Assembly (NCBI GenBank): GCA_963736875.1
Contig: CAVTQH010000002.1
Coordinates: forward strand, 270,663 to 334,662
Reading direction: 5' to 3'
Length of the DNA: 64,000 nt
From: Candidatus Amesbacteria bacterium
GTDB lineage: Bacteria > Patescibacteriota > Microgenomatia > CAZETR01 > Amesbacteraceae
A program made the translations under genes and the position numbers. The notes under the pieces are model-generated. The model ran no database searches, was not told where the DNA came from, and saw only the letters and a program-made list of their open reading frames with translations. Below, piece by piece: positions 1-10,018 of this stretch; the first letter of the stretch is position 1, and every line of letters begins with the position of its first letter.

Positions 1-531
1 AGAAATACCGATCTTCTCAACGAAACCATGGATGAAGTCGAGATGGTGTTAAGAGATCACCGGCATATCGGCGATGACGAGGAAAACGATTTTATCCTGC
101 AGAGTTTTTCAGCTGCCCTGGATACATTCGAGACTATTACCACCTTACTTACTCTTTTTATCACCGGAATTTCTTCCGTATCGCTTATAGTCGGCGGGGT
201 GGGCGTGATGAACATCATGCTGGTGTCGGTCACCGAAAGGACCAAAGAAATCGGTCTTCTCAAAGCCATCGGAGCCAAACACAGGGACATTCTGAATCAG
301 TTTCTGATCGAGTCGGCGGTGATGACGACAATAGGCGGATTAGCAGGCATTTTATTGGGCCTCACAGGCACATTTCTGATATCCGCTGTTGCCGGCATTC
401 CTTTTATAGTCAGTATTCCCTGGATACTGATAGCGGTTAGCATATCGGTTTCAGTCGGGCTGATTTTCGGCTATTTCCCCGCTAAAAAAGCCGCCCGCCT
501 GCATCCTATAGACGCTCTGCGTTTTGAATAA
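1..531 (+). CDS. ABC transporter permease, FtsX/MacB family, C-terminal fragment (5' end outside window)
   Basis: ORF runs off the window start. Four TM segments. The C-terminal '[17 protein letters not shown]' is typical of MacB/FtsX permeases. Paralogous to the 25648-26871 gene. Confidence 0.8.
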   Translation, partial: RNTDLLNETMDEVEMVLRDHRHIGDDEENDFILQSFSAALDTFETITTLLTLFITGISSVSLIVGGVGVMNIMLVSVTERTKEIGLLKAIGAKHRDILNQFLIESAVMTTIGGLAGILLGLTGTFLISAVAGIPFIVSIPWILIAVSISVSVGLIFGYFPAKKAARLHPIDALRFE

Positions 532-2188
532 AACTCCGGCAATCGTTTAATTCATCCCTGTGCATTCTTGTCAGCTCATCATATTTTCTCAAATCCTCCG
601 GATTTGTTCTCGCCCCGGTAAACAGGATTACGTTATCGGGAGCTCTGATGGTAAACAATTTTGTCAGGCAGTAATGCTTTATTTCCCTGTCTCCGAATTG
701 CTTGAAACTACCGATTACTATCCTGTCATCGTACACGTCGCGGTTCCAATCCAGGGATTTAACGGTAATTCTTCCCATTTGTCTGATCTGATCAATCGGT
801 CCGCCGTTGTAATAGCCGCCTATATCTTTCATTCCGTTTTCCGCCTGGTATTTGGCCGGATCGTATTTTGTAAAAAACAGCAGTTGGGAATAAATTTCTG
901 CTCGCCAGCTGTCGACCTGAACCTTCCGGTCGCCGAGCATATTAATTTCTTTAACGATCTTTTCAACTCCGTAATCCCAATACAGATAGCGGTAGTAGTC
1001 GTTTAATTTAAAAACCGACAAATAAATTCTGCCCAGTCCCAGAAAGACCAGAACTCCGGTTATCACGGTTCCCCAAAACCTCCATTTACTCAAAAACCGT
1101 TCAATTCCCATGGCGATCAATATCGACAGGGGTATCACCAGGGGCAGCGCCCGGATCATTCCGAAAGGTTCTCTGACAAGTGATGCGGGAAGCGGGGAAA
1201 TTACCAGAAGCAGGATAATCAGATTTTTCCGGTTACCCTTTTTCAATCTGATCAGTTCAGCCGCTCCGATTATTAAAAAAGGCAGCTGCCAAATTAAAAA
1301 CGGTCCGGTACCCGGGTAAATATTCCGTAAATCCGCATTTCCGGATCCGAAGATATATTTCGGTGAAAAATATGTCGCATATAATGACAGCCACTCTCTG
1401 GTAAATAACCATACCCGGTTATTTAATATTCCCGCACCCTCGGTAAATCCCCACAATTCGTTTGTTTTTAAACTCAAAATATTGACATTTTTGGCTCTGG
1501 CAAAAAATGCAGGAGTATTAAATACCGCCAGGGTCGGCATTAATATCAAAAACCCGGCAATCAGCCCGCCGGTCAGCCATTTAAGATTTTCCTTAGAAAA
1601 AATTATCTTTCGGTAATGCCATCCCAAAAATATATACAAAAGCGGCAGGACAACCCTTTCCGAATGATATGCGGTAAAAGAAACCGCTGTGGCTATTGCA
1701 GCCGGTATCAGAAACGCTTTGCTGCCTTTAATAAATTTAATAAATGCCCAAATACCGGCCATCATAAACATCAGCGCGACATTAGACTCGACTGCCGCCC
1801 GGGAAAGCATAATGTGCCAGGGACTGATTGCCAGTACCAGGCTGCTCAACACTGCCAGTCTTTTATTACCGCAAAGAAGTCTAACCAGCGAATACAAAAA
1901 CAAAATTGTGATTACCCCCGCTGCCGCCGATACCGATCTGGTGGTCGTCATATTCATTCCCCAGATCCCGTATACCGGAACCAGCAGATAGGTGTATACC
2001 GGGGTTTTATAATCCCCGAAGGATTTAATCAGAGCCGGAAAGCTTTTTCCGTATTCATCTTTCCCCGTTTTTAAAATCGAATAGGCGTTATAGCCGATCG
2101 ATGCCTCGTCGGCATACAACCCTTCGGGTGTTGTCCCCAAACCAAAAAACCTCAGCGATATGGCAATCAATAATACAAATATCATCAT
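506..2188 (-). CDS. Membrane glycosyltransferase, ArnT/PMT-like (GT39/GT83 family, polyprenyl-phosphate sugar dependent)
   Basis: 560-aa polytopic membrane protein. N-terminal 'GLYADEASIGYNAYSIL' loop matches the DE motif of 4-amino-L-arabinose / dolichyl-P-mannose transferases. Long C-terminal soluble domain. Confidence 0.65.
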   Translation of the reverse strand: MMIFVLLIAISLRFFGLGTTPEGLYADEASIGYNAYSILKTGKDEYGKSFPALIKSFGDYKTPVYTYLLVPVYGIWGMNMTTTRSVSAAAGVITILFLYSLVRLLCGNKRLAVLSSLVLAISPWHIMLSRAAVESNVALMFMMAGIWAFIKFIKGSKAFLIPAAIATAVSFTAYHSERVVLPLLYIFLGWHYRKIIFSKENLKWLTGGLIAGFLILMPTLAVFNTPAFFARAKNVNILSLKTNELWGFTEGAGILNNRVWLFTREWLSLYATYFSPKYIFGSGNADLRNIYPGTGPFLIWQLPFLIIGAAELIRLKKGNRKNLIILLLVISPLPASLVREPFGMIRALPLVIPLSILIAMGIERFLSKWRFWGTVITGVLVFLGLGRIYLSVFKLNDYYRYLYWDYGVEKIVKEINMLGDRKVQVDSWRAEIYSQLLFFTKYDPAKYQAENGMKDIGGYYNGGPIDQIRQMGRITVKSLDWNRDVYDDRIVIGSFKQFGDREIKHYCLTKLFTIRAPDNVILFTGARTNPEDLRKYDELTRMHRDELNDCRSFIQNAERL

Positions 2189-2772
2189 GGCAACAACCTC
2201 GCAACTTCAGTCAGTCCGACAGCGGTTATTAAAAGCAGCAATATCCAGCCGGATTTGTGTTTACTGATTTCTTTCAGTCCTTCAACTGTAATAATCCCCA
2301 ACACCGGATATACAGCCGCATTCCATCCGTCCGGTTTTTTAAAAAGTGATACCAAAAGTACCGCCGCGCATCCGCCTGCCCACACTTTTAAATGTATTTT
2401 CTTCTTTATCGAAACATAAACCCCTGCCAAAAATCCGATTACCGCCGGATAGGGAAACTTCATCCGGTTGTCGGTGTCCGTATAATCGACCTGCGGATGG
2501 TTGCCGAAAAAATAATAATTAATATTCATCATTATCAGCACATTATTAATGTATCTGTCGGCCAGGATCGTGGTTTTATTGTTATAAAAAATCTGTTTTA
2601 CCCGGGTGGCGTCCAGTCCCAATATCTGCAGCAGCGACTTTCTCTCTTCAGAAGCATCATCCAGTTGCCAGATCAATCCGGTTTCTAACTTGGGTGGATT
2701 AACAACAAGTGACAGAGGCCATCCGGACATCACCACTAAAACGGTCAAACCCAGTATTATCTTTCTAATCAT
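2185..2772 (-). CDS. Hypothetical membrane protein (4-bp overlap with downstream glycosyltransferase, likely co-transcribed)
   Basis: 195-aa ORF with signal/TM N-terminus and C-terminal TM helices. ATGA overlap with the GT39-like gene. No family recognised. Confidence 0.4.
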   Translation of the reverse strand: MIRKIILGLTVLVVMSGWPLSLVVNPPKLETGLIWQLDDASEERKSLLQILGLDATRVKQIFYNNKTTILADRYINNVLIMMNINYYFFGNHPQVDYTDTDNRMKFPYPAVIGFLAGVYVSIKKKIHLKVWAGGCAAVLLVSLFKKPDGWNAAVYPVLGIITVEGLKEISKHKSGWILLLLITAVGLTEVARLLP

Positions 2773-2831
2773 CCATCTATTTTATATCACCGTTAGCTTT
2801 TGAATTGATATAATACGGATGAAGGATATAT

Positions 2832-3440
2832 ATGAACGTACTGGTATTAATCCTCTGCATCACGAGTTTAATTTTATACACCCGTACTAAAAATTTTGAC
2901 AGCCTGAAAGGAATATTACTGTTTTTCCTGGCATTTTCAGCGCTTATGCTGAAAATTATTTATATCAAAGAGGTAAATTTTAAGCTTTTTACCCCGGACA
3001 CGATATTTATTTCGGGACTTATCATTTTTGTCTTTTCCGCTATCGGTTCATTATTTATATATACAGTCAGAATAAAAGACAGGGTGATCAAACCCGGATT
3101 CTTATTAAAATTGTTCATTCTTTACATTCCTTTTGCCCTGCTGCAGCAGATATTTTTCCAATATCTGTTTTTAAACGACATATCAACTCTGGTTGCCGGC
3201 AAGCTTCCGATATTAATTCTCGGGGTAATATTTTTCGGTCTGGCCCACTCACCGAGAGAGACGGCAAAACTGACGGTTTTCAGTCTGATAGCCGGATCCG
3301 TCTGGATATGGACTTACATGAGTTTCGGAAATATATTCTGGCCTGTGCTTTCTCATGCATTTCTCGGGTCTTTGTATTATTGCCTTGTTCATCCGAGTAA
3401 CCGGCTCCTGGCCAGGCTGAAGTTTCTTGAAGAGCGTTAA
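2832..3440 (+). CDS. CPBP (CAAX protease/Abi)-like polytopic membrane protein, possibly degenerate
   Basis: Six to seven TM helices. 'FFGLAHS' and 'SHAFLGSL' resemble CPBP motifs 2 and 3. The EExxxR motif 1 is not obvious. Confidence 0.4.
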   Translation: MNVLVLILCITSLILYTRTKNFDSLKGILLFFLAFSALMLKIIYIKEVNFKLFTPDTIFISGLIIFVFSAIGSLFIYTVRIKDRVIKPGFLLKLFILYIPFALLQQIFFQYLFLNDISTLVAGKLPILILGVIFFGLAHSPRETAKLTVFSLIAGSVWIWTYMSFGNIFWPVLSHAFLGSLYYCLVHPSNRLLARLKFLEER

Positions 3441-3507
3441 CCACCACACATTGTATTATTTATTACATTCAAACCCGCCCCGGTATGTAATCATATTAAC
3501 CGGATAT

Positions 3508-3942
3508 ATGAAAAACACAAATGTCGTCTTTATGATTGTTGTTTTTGCAGTAGTCTTTATTACCGGCTTTGCCGTATACCGCGGTTTGGGTCCGGGTAAT
3601 TCCCAATTTTCCGCTGTTTCCGCTTCTCCCGCAGTCAGGGAAGAGACAAATAATCAGGTAACAATTCCTTCCCGGTCAATCGAAGTCGAAGGCGGAATGT
3701 TTTACTATAAACCCAATGAAATAAAAGTAAAAGCCGGTGAAAAAGTGACAATCACTTTCAAAAACGTCGAGGGGGTTCATGACTTTGTCATCGATGAACT
3801 GAATGTTAAAACCCAAAAAATAAAATCGGGAGAGACGGAAACAGTAGAATTTACTCCGGAAAATCCCGGAAGCTATGAATTTTACTGCAGTGTGGGAAAC
3901 CACAGGGCAATGGGCATGAAGGGAACTCTGATTGTAGAATAA
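3508..3942 (+). CDS. Cupredoxin-fold copper-binding protein, membrane-anchored (longer ORF from 3427 possible)
   Basis: N-terminal TM anchor. C-terminal domain carries Cu ligands 'HDFV' and 'YCSVGNHRAMGM' (His, Cys, His, Met) of plastocyanin/azurin-type cupredoxins. Confidence 0.65.
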   Translation: MKNTNVVFMIVVFAVVFITGFAVYRGLGPGNSQFSAVSASPAVREETNNQVTIPSRSIEVEGGMFYYKPNEIKVKAGEKVTITFKNVEGVHDFVIDELNVKTQKIKSGETETVEFTPENPGSYEFYCSVGNHRAMGMKGTLIVE

Positions 3943-3959
3943 CCTTAACGATCGATGGA

Positions 3960-4931
3960 TTAATCACTAATTTTCCCTTTAAACAATCCTATATCGCGAT
4001 TCAGGGCAGTAGACCAATTGGCAGGTATGTCGTGAGTGTCTCCGGGATACACATAGAAATTGAAGGTTTTTTGTTCGGTCTCAAACTTGGCTGCTATAGT
4101 TTGTCCCCATTCAAAAGGTACGGAATCATCAGCTGTTCCGTGATGGATATTTACGGGAATCCGGACCAATTTTATATTGTCCAGTGTCGAAACTTTGGAA
4201 TAGTCGGCAGGAGTAAAAGTCTGTGCAAGTTCATTTTGGAATCTTTCCATCCTTTCCCGGCGCCGGGGGTCTTCGGTATTACGACGGGAAAAATGTAAAA
4301 ATGATTCCGGCCAGTCACGGACTGCCGGTGCCCACAGTGAAGCTGCTTTAACGCAAACGGGGCAGACTTCAATGACCCGCAAGGTCACATCACCCCCCAT
4401 GGAATGACCGTACATATAGATGTTGCCGGCATCGACCAAATCCAACTTTTTGGCACCCGCTATCAGATTTAATACATCCACGGCATAATTAATTCTGGAA
4501 ACCAGGCTTCCCGCATCACCTTCCGATTGATCGTGCCCCCGGTAATCAGGTTTGAGTACCAAAAAACCGGCATTTGCATAATAAGCTGAAGTATTTATGT
4601 ACGAATTTCTGGTGGAATATTCTTCCGGGTCAATATAGCCATGATTGATTATTACCACAGGCCAGCCGTTTTCCGGAGTCTTGCCGACAGGTACATTCAT
4701 CAGGGAATATTGTTTCAATCCGTCGGAATCAAAACTAATTACATATGAGGTGAATCCTTCTGTAACCCTGACTGTCTGATCGATCTTAATCTCACTATCG
4801 TACGATCGGGTACTCAGGCTGTTTATTGTATACGGATTGGCGGCAGGGGTCGGGGTGGGTGTGGGCATGGTAACAGAGACAGGAACCGCTCCGCTCAGCA
4901 AACTCAGTATCAATGACCACATTTTTTGCAT
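3960..4931 (-). CDS. Secreted alpha/beta hydrolase (prolyl oligopeptidase/esterase S9-like)
   Basis: Signal peptide followed by a PTPTPT linker. Nucleophile elbow 'GHSMGG'. Dienelactone hydrolase/S9-like layout. Confidence 0.65.
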   Translation of the reverse strand: MQKMWSLILSLLSGAVPVSVTMPTPTPTPAANPYTINSLSTRSYDSEIKIDQTVRVTEGFTSYVISFDSDGLKQYSLMNVPVGKTPENGWPVVIINHGYIDPEEYSTRNSYINTSAYYANAGFLVLKPDYRGHDQSEGDAGSLVSRINYAVDVLNLIAGAKKLDLVDAGNIYMYGHSMGGDVTLRVIEVCPVCVKAASLWAPAVRDWPESFLHFSRRNTEDPRRRERMERFQNELAQTFTPADYSKVSTLDNIKLVRIPVNIHHGTADDSVPFEWGQTIAAKFETEQKTFNFYVYPGDTHDIPANWSTALNRDIGLFKGKISD

Positions 4932-5066
4932 CCGCCCAGTTTATCAGAAAAATCAAATTCTCAACTATATTAAAACCCACAATCTTAAGATCGTTAGATT
5001 CCTTACAGAAATCACACTTTGACTAAAATATATTTACTTCATGTTAATTGAAGGAGGTGATCATAA

Positions 5067-5261
5067 ATGCAGGATACCATGAATGCAATCGACCATTTAA
5101 AAAATCATCAAAAATACCCGGCAACTTATAACGATCTTATAAAGGAGTGCAATGATTTATCGGATTTTACAGCCGAAGATAAAGAGTGGTTTAAAAAGCA
5201 TCTAGCGAAAATGACATATAAGTCGGCGGATGAAGTTATTAAAACCCTCGGATTAGGTTAA
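5067..5261 (+). CDS. Small conserved protein, DUF2795-like
   Basis: 64 aa. GGAGGTG RBS 7 nt upstream. 'YPATYNDLIKECNDL...KEWFKKHL' resembles the DUF2795 family. Confidence 0.45.
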   Translation: MQDTMNAIDHLKNHQKYPATYNDLIKECNDLSDFTAEDKEWFKKHLAKMTYKSADEVIKTLGLG

Positions 5262-5346
5262 GCAGGTCTTTATAACAGGAGGGGTTGGCAAGTACCCCTC
5301 CGGAATTGACCTCCCCTCGCTTGTCTGAGCGTCTGTATAATAAAGT

Positions 5347-5670
5347 ATGCTGAGGATAAGGGTAAAGGTTTTAAAAAGCCCGGCGGAAAAAACCATCGGC
5401 CTGATTAGCAGCAAAAAGGCGTATCCGGTATTTTTTAAAACCCGTTGGGGTATCCATACTTTCGGAGTTAAATTCCCCATCGACGTCCTGATTCTGGATT
5501 CAAAATACAAAGTTGTAAAAGCTACAGTAAACCTTCCTCCCAACAGAATTTTTTTATGGCCCCCGGTTTACGAGAATGTTGTTGAATTGCCGACCGGAGA
5601 AGTCCGTAGATTGAAAATCAAAACCGGAGACAAAATATTTTTAATTCCGGGTGATAATCGATCGGCTTAG
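5347..5670 (+). CDS. DUF192 domain protein (COG1430)
   Basis: 'RWGIHTFGVKFPIDVLILD' is the hallmark segment of DUF192. An extended -10 element (TGTATAAT) lies upstream. Confidence 0.6.
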   Translation: MLRIRVKVLKSPAEKTIGLISSKKAYPVFFKTRWGIHTFGVKFPIDVLILDSKYKVVKATVNLPPNRIFLWPPVYENVVELPTGEVRRLKIKTGDKIFLIPGDNRSA

Positions 5671-5711
5671 AACCGTTCTCCGCTTCATTCCAAAGGATAT
5701 GAATACACGAT

Positions 5712-5936
5712 TTACTTAGTCTTCATCTGTTCAGGCTGTAAATTACACACTACTTCAATAATGCTGGGAATATTGGGATTGTTAGTAAAAAAAACCATGG
5801 TACGGTTTTGTATAGTATACATTGCTGCCCTGCGAGCTGCACTTTCGGGAGTCTCCAACGACGGCTGCATCATAATTCCCAACTCTGGTCTATTAGGATT
5901 TTCATAACAAAACCACCATTTTAATCTGTCTTTCAT
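5712..5936 (-). CDS. Hypothetical small protein
   Basis: 74-aa ORF filling an intergenic gap. No recognisable motif. Confidence 0.25.
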   Translation of the reverse strand: MKDRLKWWFCYENPNRPELGIMMQPSLETPESAARRAAMYTIQNRTMVFFTNNPNIPSIIEVVCNLQPEQMKTK

Positions 5937-6027
5937 GGTATTTTCGCCATAATACCACTAAAGGCCTACTTTTTCTTTAATTGGCAGATGGATACGGAAA
6001 TGTCCGGTATAGGTATAATAAAAACTA

Positions 6028-7176
6028 ATGGGGTATCCTGAGAAGACAACAGAAAAAATTATTAAAGATAGCGGAATGGTTCAGGAGGTGAGAAGGAATG
6101 AAAACGTCAAAATACCATCGGTAGTGACATTTTGGGGAATCAGAACGGATTGTGCCGACATCAACCGGCAATTAGAAGGAATGCTTCCCGGTCAGCAAAT
6201 TTCCAGCCCGGGATTTGCATGCGTGTACCGGACCGCGCCGTTTTTAAGTCCGGATGAAGCCGTACGGCAGGAAATGGCTGCCGTCAAAACCAATTTAACG
6301 GCAATATTAGAAGTTCTGGATCCCGAAGATGGAAATCCCGAGGTGCTGAGTGTCGGTTGCGGAACCCCGCCGTTTGAACACTACGGTCAGGCAATTGCTG
6401 AAATGATCGGTTTGGGAGGAATCGAAGTATTGGAATCCAATCTGGCCTGCAATAGCGGAACCCGGGCAATGCAGCGGATACTCGAAGAACCCCGGTATGC
6501 GGGAAAGCGGGTAATGGTGATCGGGATAGAGGGAATGACCAGACTGATTGCCGATCCGAAACCGAATTTGGTAAAAGCCGACCCGTTTTCATTACAGGCA
6601 TTCGGAAACGGTATCGGAGCTGTTAGTTTTATCCCGGAAAGGGATATCAGCCTGGTTGGAAGCGTCAGTTTGTCCGAAGAGGATACCGAAAGGAATCTAG
6701 CTGCCAGACCGACTTATCAGGTAGATCCCAAAGGTCCGTTGATCCAAATTTCCGGAAGTATCGAAAAAACCAAACTTCCGATACCGGAAGAGGAAGAAAA
6801 AATAATCCATATTAAACCCACCGGGACAAGCAAAATGTTTATCAGGGCAGCTGAAGCCACGATAGACAGTCTCCTGACCGGTTACCGGGAACAAATTGAA
6901 GCCGGGACGGTACAGGATAAACCTATCAAACTTGTAGCGGCACATCATCCCAGCCGGGGTGTATGGGACATTCTAATAAAAAAACTGGCAAGAAAAGGGA
7001 TTCCGGCCGGATCCTGTCCGTGGATGGTTCCGGAAGGAAACTTAAGCGGAGCAACCTCTACAGTAGCCCTGTGCCGGTTGTTACCGGCTTTGTCACCCGG
7101 GGACAGAATTATCCTCCTGGGATATGGTGCCGGATGGAACTCCTCGGCAATGATCTGCGACATCGGGGGGAAATAG
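6028..7176 (+). CDS. Thiolase-fold condensing enzyme, divergent KAS III (FabH)/type III PKS-like
   Basis: 'LACNSGTRAM' is a candidate nucleophile Cys in an ACxSG context. 'AAHHPS' is a candidate His. 'GNLSGATS' resembles the FabH Asn in 'GNTSAAS'. About 380 aa. Confidence 0.5.
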   Translation: MGYPEKTTEKIIKDSGMVQEVRRNENVKIPSVVTFWGIRTDCADINRQLEGMLPGQQISSPGFACVYRTAPFLSPDEAVRQEMAAVKTNLTAILEVLDPEDGNPEVLSVGCGTPPFEHYGQAIAEMIGLGGIEVLESNLACNSGTRAMQRILEEPRYAGKRVMVIGIEGMTRLIADPKPNLVKADPFSLQAFGNGIGAVSFIPERDISLVGSVSLSEEDTERNLAARPTYQVDPKGPLIQISGSIEKTKLPIPEEEEKIIHIKPTGTSKMFIRAAEATIDSLLTGYREQIEAGTVQDKPIKLVAAHHPSRGVWDILIKKLARKGIPAGSCPWMVPEGNLSGATSTVALCRLLPALSPGDRIILLGYGAGWNSSAMICDIGGK

Positions 7177-7215
7177 ATATGCGAACTTTCTTTAAAGAAA
7201 CTATAATAGTTATAT

Positions 7216-7614
7216 ATGAATAATTCATATAATTGGTACTCTACACTTATTAAACCTTCATGGTCACCGCCAAGTTGGCTTTTTGGACCGGTGTGGACGT
7301 TTCTTTATATTTTGATTGCCATTTCTTTTGGAAAAGTGTTTTTGATGGGTTTGAAAAAAGAAATTGCTTTTATTGTTGTTTTGCCTTTTATTCTTAATCT
7401 TATTTTTAACTTTGCCTTTACTCCTTTACAGTTTGGATTAAAGAATAATTTATTTGCGGCAATTGATATTCTCCTTGTTTTGGGTACTCTTATCTGGTTG
7501 ATGATTGCTATATATCCTCATGCCAAGTGGATTACATATATTCAAATTCCATATTTACTTTGGGTTTCTTTTGCAAGCATTTTGCAGTTAACTATTACCT
7601 ATTTAAATAAATAA
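7216..7614 (+). CDS. tspO: TspO/MBR family tryptophan-rich sensory protein (short form)
   Basis: 'KPSWSPPSWLFGPVWTFLYILIAIS' is the TspO signature. Five TM helices. Confidence 0.7.
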   Translation: MNNSYNWYSTLIKPSWSPPSWLFGPVWTFLYILIAISFGKVFLMGLKKEIAFIVVLPFILNLIFNFAFTPLQFGLKNNLFAAIDILLVLGTLIWLMIAIYPHAKWITYIQIPYLLWVSFASILQLTITYLNK

Positions 7615-7615
7615 T

Positions 7616-8016
7616 ATGTTTCTAAAACTTTATCTTATTGCACTTCCGGTATTTTTAGCCATCGATATGGTTTGGCTTGATCTATGATTGCCAAGAATTT
7701 TTATGCCAAACAAATTGGATATCTGATGGCTAAAAATCCAAATCTTCTTGCGGCTTTGATTTTTTATCTTATTTTTATTGCAGGACTTATTGTTTTTGTA
7801 ATTACTCCGGCACTTGATAAAAAGATGTGGACACAGGCTCTTCTGGCAGGTGCGTTCTTCGGTCTTGTTACCTATGCAACTTATGACCTTACCAACCTTG
7901 CAACCGTAAAAGATTGGCCGCTTATTATTACAATTGTGGATTTGATTTGGGGGATGGTGCTCTCCGCATCCGTTTCTGTAATCACATACTTTATCGCTCT
8001 TAAATTCGGACTATGA
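7616..8016 (+). CDS. DUF2177 membrane protein, apparent frameshift near 7684
   Basis: N-terminal 23 aa ('MFLKLYLIALPVFLAIDMVWLDL') are in one frame. The rest ('IAKNFYAKQIGYLM...') continues in another frame. Together they resemble DUF2177. Scored as one gene. Confidence 0.4.
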
Positions 8017-8806
8017 ACTATTACTTCGTTCTTGCCCTAACACTTCTCGGTTATATGACTTTCTGGTTTATTGTTTCTGTTATCAAAAAGAGAAATGATG
8101 TTGCAGATATTGCCTGGGGATTGGGATTTGTTCTTATGGCCTGGCTATCATTTTTAATTTCCGGTTTTTCTTTCAAAGCACTTTTGGTCAATGGTTTGGT
8201 AACCATTTGGGGATTACGTTTGGCCTGGCATATTTACAAGCGCAATTTAAAATAAGCACGAAGATTACGGTATGCGGCGTGGCGGAAAGAATGGGGTAAG
8301 TGGTTTTTTCCGCGCTCTTATTTTCAGGTTTATTTACTTCAGGGATTATTTCTTATTTCTGATTATCTCAGCCTGTCATTTTATATTCACCATCAGGTAA
8401 CTGGTGATTTGGGTATATTTGATCTTATTGGCTTATTAGTCTGGATTATCGGTTTTTACTTTGAATCGACCGGTGATACACAGCTCAAAAAATTTATTTC
8501 TAACCCAGCAAATAAGGGAAAACTAATGGAAACCGGTTTATGGCGATATTCAGTCGCCATCCAAATTATTTTGGAGAGGTACTGCAGTGGTGGGGAATAT
8601 TTATCATTGCGCTTTCTCTTCCGGGTTCATTTTTTACAATTATTGGACCTTTAACAATTACAATATTAATTCTTTTTGTTTCGGGTGTTCCGCTGCTTGA
8701 AAAAAAATATGCAGGAAGACCTGATTTTGAAGACTATAAAAAGAGAACCAGTGTATTTATTCCTTTACCCCCGAAGCCCAATGGAATCAAGTACAGTAAT
8801 CGTTAA
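8013..8806 (+). CDS. DUF1295 protein (steroid 5-alpha-reductase/ICMT-like membrane fold), disrupted by an in-frame TAA (8253) and two single-base indels (~8268, ~8560)
   Basis: Joining three frames gives '...[35 protein letters not shown]...[22 protein letters not shown]...[19 protein letters not shown]'. This matches DUF1295 end to end. Confidence 0.55.
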
Positions 8807-9287
8807 CGACAAAATGCAGAGTGATTACGCTTACACCCTGACTGAACCGATTGGTAAAAACTTTGATCCCGGATTTACGCCTGAACTCAGTCCTCAGCAG
8901 ATGCTGTCTCTCGGAGTTTTTGGCGGCAAATACTTAACTGATTGCACTAACGAGTTTCCGAAAAGTTGGTTTACTACCGCTAAACTCTCTCCGAAACAAT
9001 CCAATCCGAAGCTTAATTATTTCAGTGTTCCTGCCAGTCAGTCTCTCTCGGAATGGCGTCGAAAGGGTTGGATTCATCCCGATGACCCCCGTGGATGGTT
9101 TCAGTGGTATTGCCGATACTATATGGGCAGACGGCATGAAGATGACAGCAGACAAATTAAACGTTGGCGTGCGATCAGGCGTCATGTGAGTCAAATTATT
9201 AATAACTGTATGCCTTATGACGAAAGCTGTCGCAGGAAACAACGCCAGGCTCTCCTGCATTGGGCATATGACAGCCGGAAAATATAG
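8779..9287 (+). CDS. Hypothetical protein with W/R-rich motif '[23 protein letters not shown]' (ORF could start at 8676)
   Basis: Open frame of 169-203 aa. No family recognised. Confidence 0.4.
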
Positions 9288-9405
9288 AACTTGAATTTTT
9301 TCATCATTTATCAATTATTTTTTGGAACTCTCTTTCATTTGTTTGCTGGGAGTTTGCCTGCCCGCTTTTGCAGGGAAACGATATTAGAACTTTATAACAT
9401 CAATT

Positions 9406-9843
9406 CTAAAATTTCCCTTGTTTGACTAACTTGATTGACGAAGGACCTTTTTGAATTTTAAGGATTAAATTATCACCTTTTAAAGCATCTTTGACTCTTT
9501 CTAATTGTTTTGAAGAAATGTTATGAGGAATATTCATTAATTCAAAGTACTCTATTTTATCAGCCTCTTCGGTTAGAGTAATTTTTCCACCGATCGGTTC
9601 ACAAATAAAACAAAAGACAAGGTCGTCTTTCTCCGGTTTATAATAAATTCCCTGTAATCTGACAATTTTGACATCCAAACATACTTCTTCTTTAACTTCC
9701 CTGATAACCCCTTCCCAAGGTGATTCGCCTTTTTTCACGCCGCCTCCCGGCAAATTCCATAGGTCATAATCTCTCCTATGACACAAAAGCACCCTGCTTT
9801 GCTTATCAAGTATTATTGCGAAGGCCCCAACAGTAAACATCAT
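9406..9843 (-). CDS. NUDIX hydrolase
   Basis: Nudix box 'GGGVKKGESPWEGVIREVKEEVCL'. Confidence 0.8.
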   Translation of the reverse strand: MMFTVGAFAIILDKQSRVLLCHRRDYDLWNLPGGGVKKGESPWEGVIREVKEEVCLDVKIVRLQGIYYKPEKDDLVFCFICEPIGGKITLTEEADKIEYFELMNIPHNISSKQLERVKDALKGDNLILKIQKGPSSIKLVKQGKF

Positions 9844-9862
9844 CCTATTTTAACAAAATCTT

Positions 9863-9895
9863 TATCTGAGCGTACAGGTCTGGAACCATTCTGCC
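9863..9895. repeat. Intergenic repeat copy a (TTGCTGAGC-N-CTGGAACCATTCTATCC family)
   Basis: 'atctgagcgtacaggtctggaaccattctgcc', 20 nt upstream of the NUDIX start. Matches copies b-f. Confidence 0.6.
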
Positions 9896-10018
9896 GTACC
9901 ATTTTAATCCTAAACCTGTCGAAGGACGGAAGTCACTATTTTAGGGATTATTATCAACGGGTTCTCTTTAGCATCTTTTGCTTAGAAGTTCTGCGTTAAT
10001 TGACTTAGACGGAAGAGT

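Noticed and set aside
560-2074. Plus-strand ORFs inside the GT39-like gene (560-1006, 1110-1319, 1616-2074, 1689-1991)
   Set aside because: Entirely antisense to a well-supported 560-aa membrane glycosyltransferase. No motifs.
3427-3507. Longer start for the cupredoxin gene
   Set aside because: It would overlap the upstream gene by 14 nt in another frame and adds a non-hydrophobic 27-aa extension before an obvious signal anchor. Internal ATG preferred.
5262-5346. Perfect 8-bp hairpin GGAGGGGT...ACCCCTCC and a 9-nt match (TCTGAGCGT) to the island repeat
   Set aside because: No U-tract after the hairpin. The 9-nt match is too short to call a repeat copy. Noted only as a possible leader structure before the DUF192 gene.
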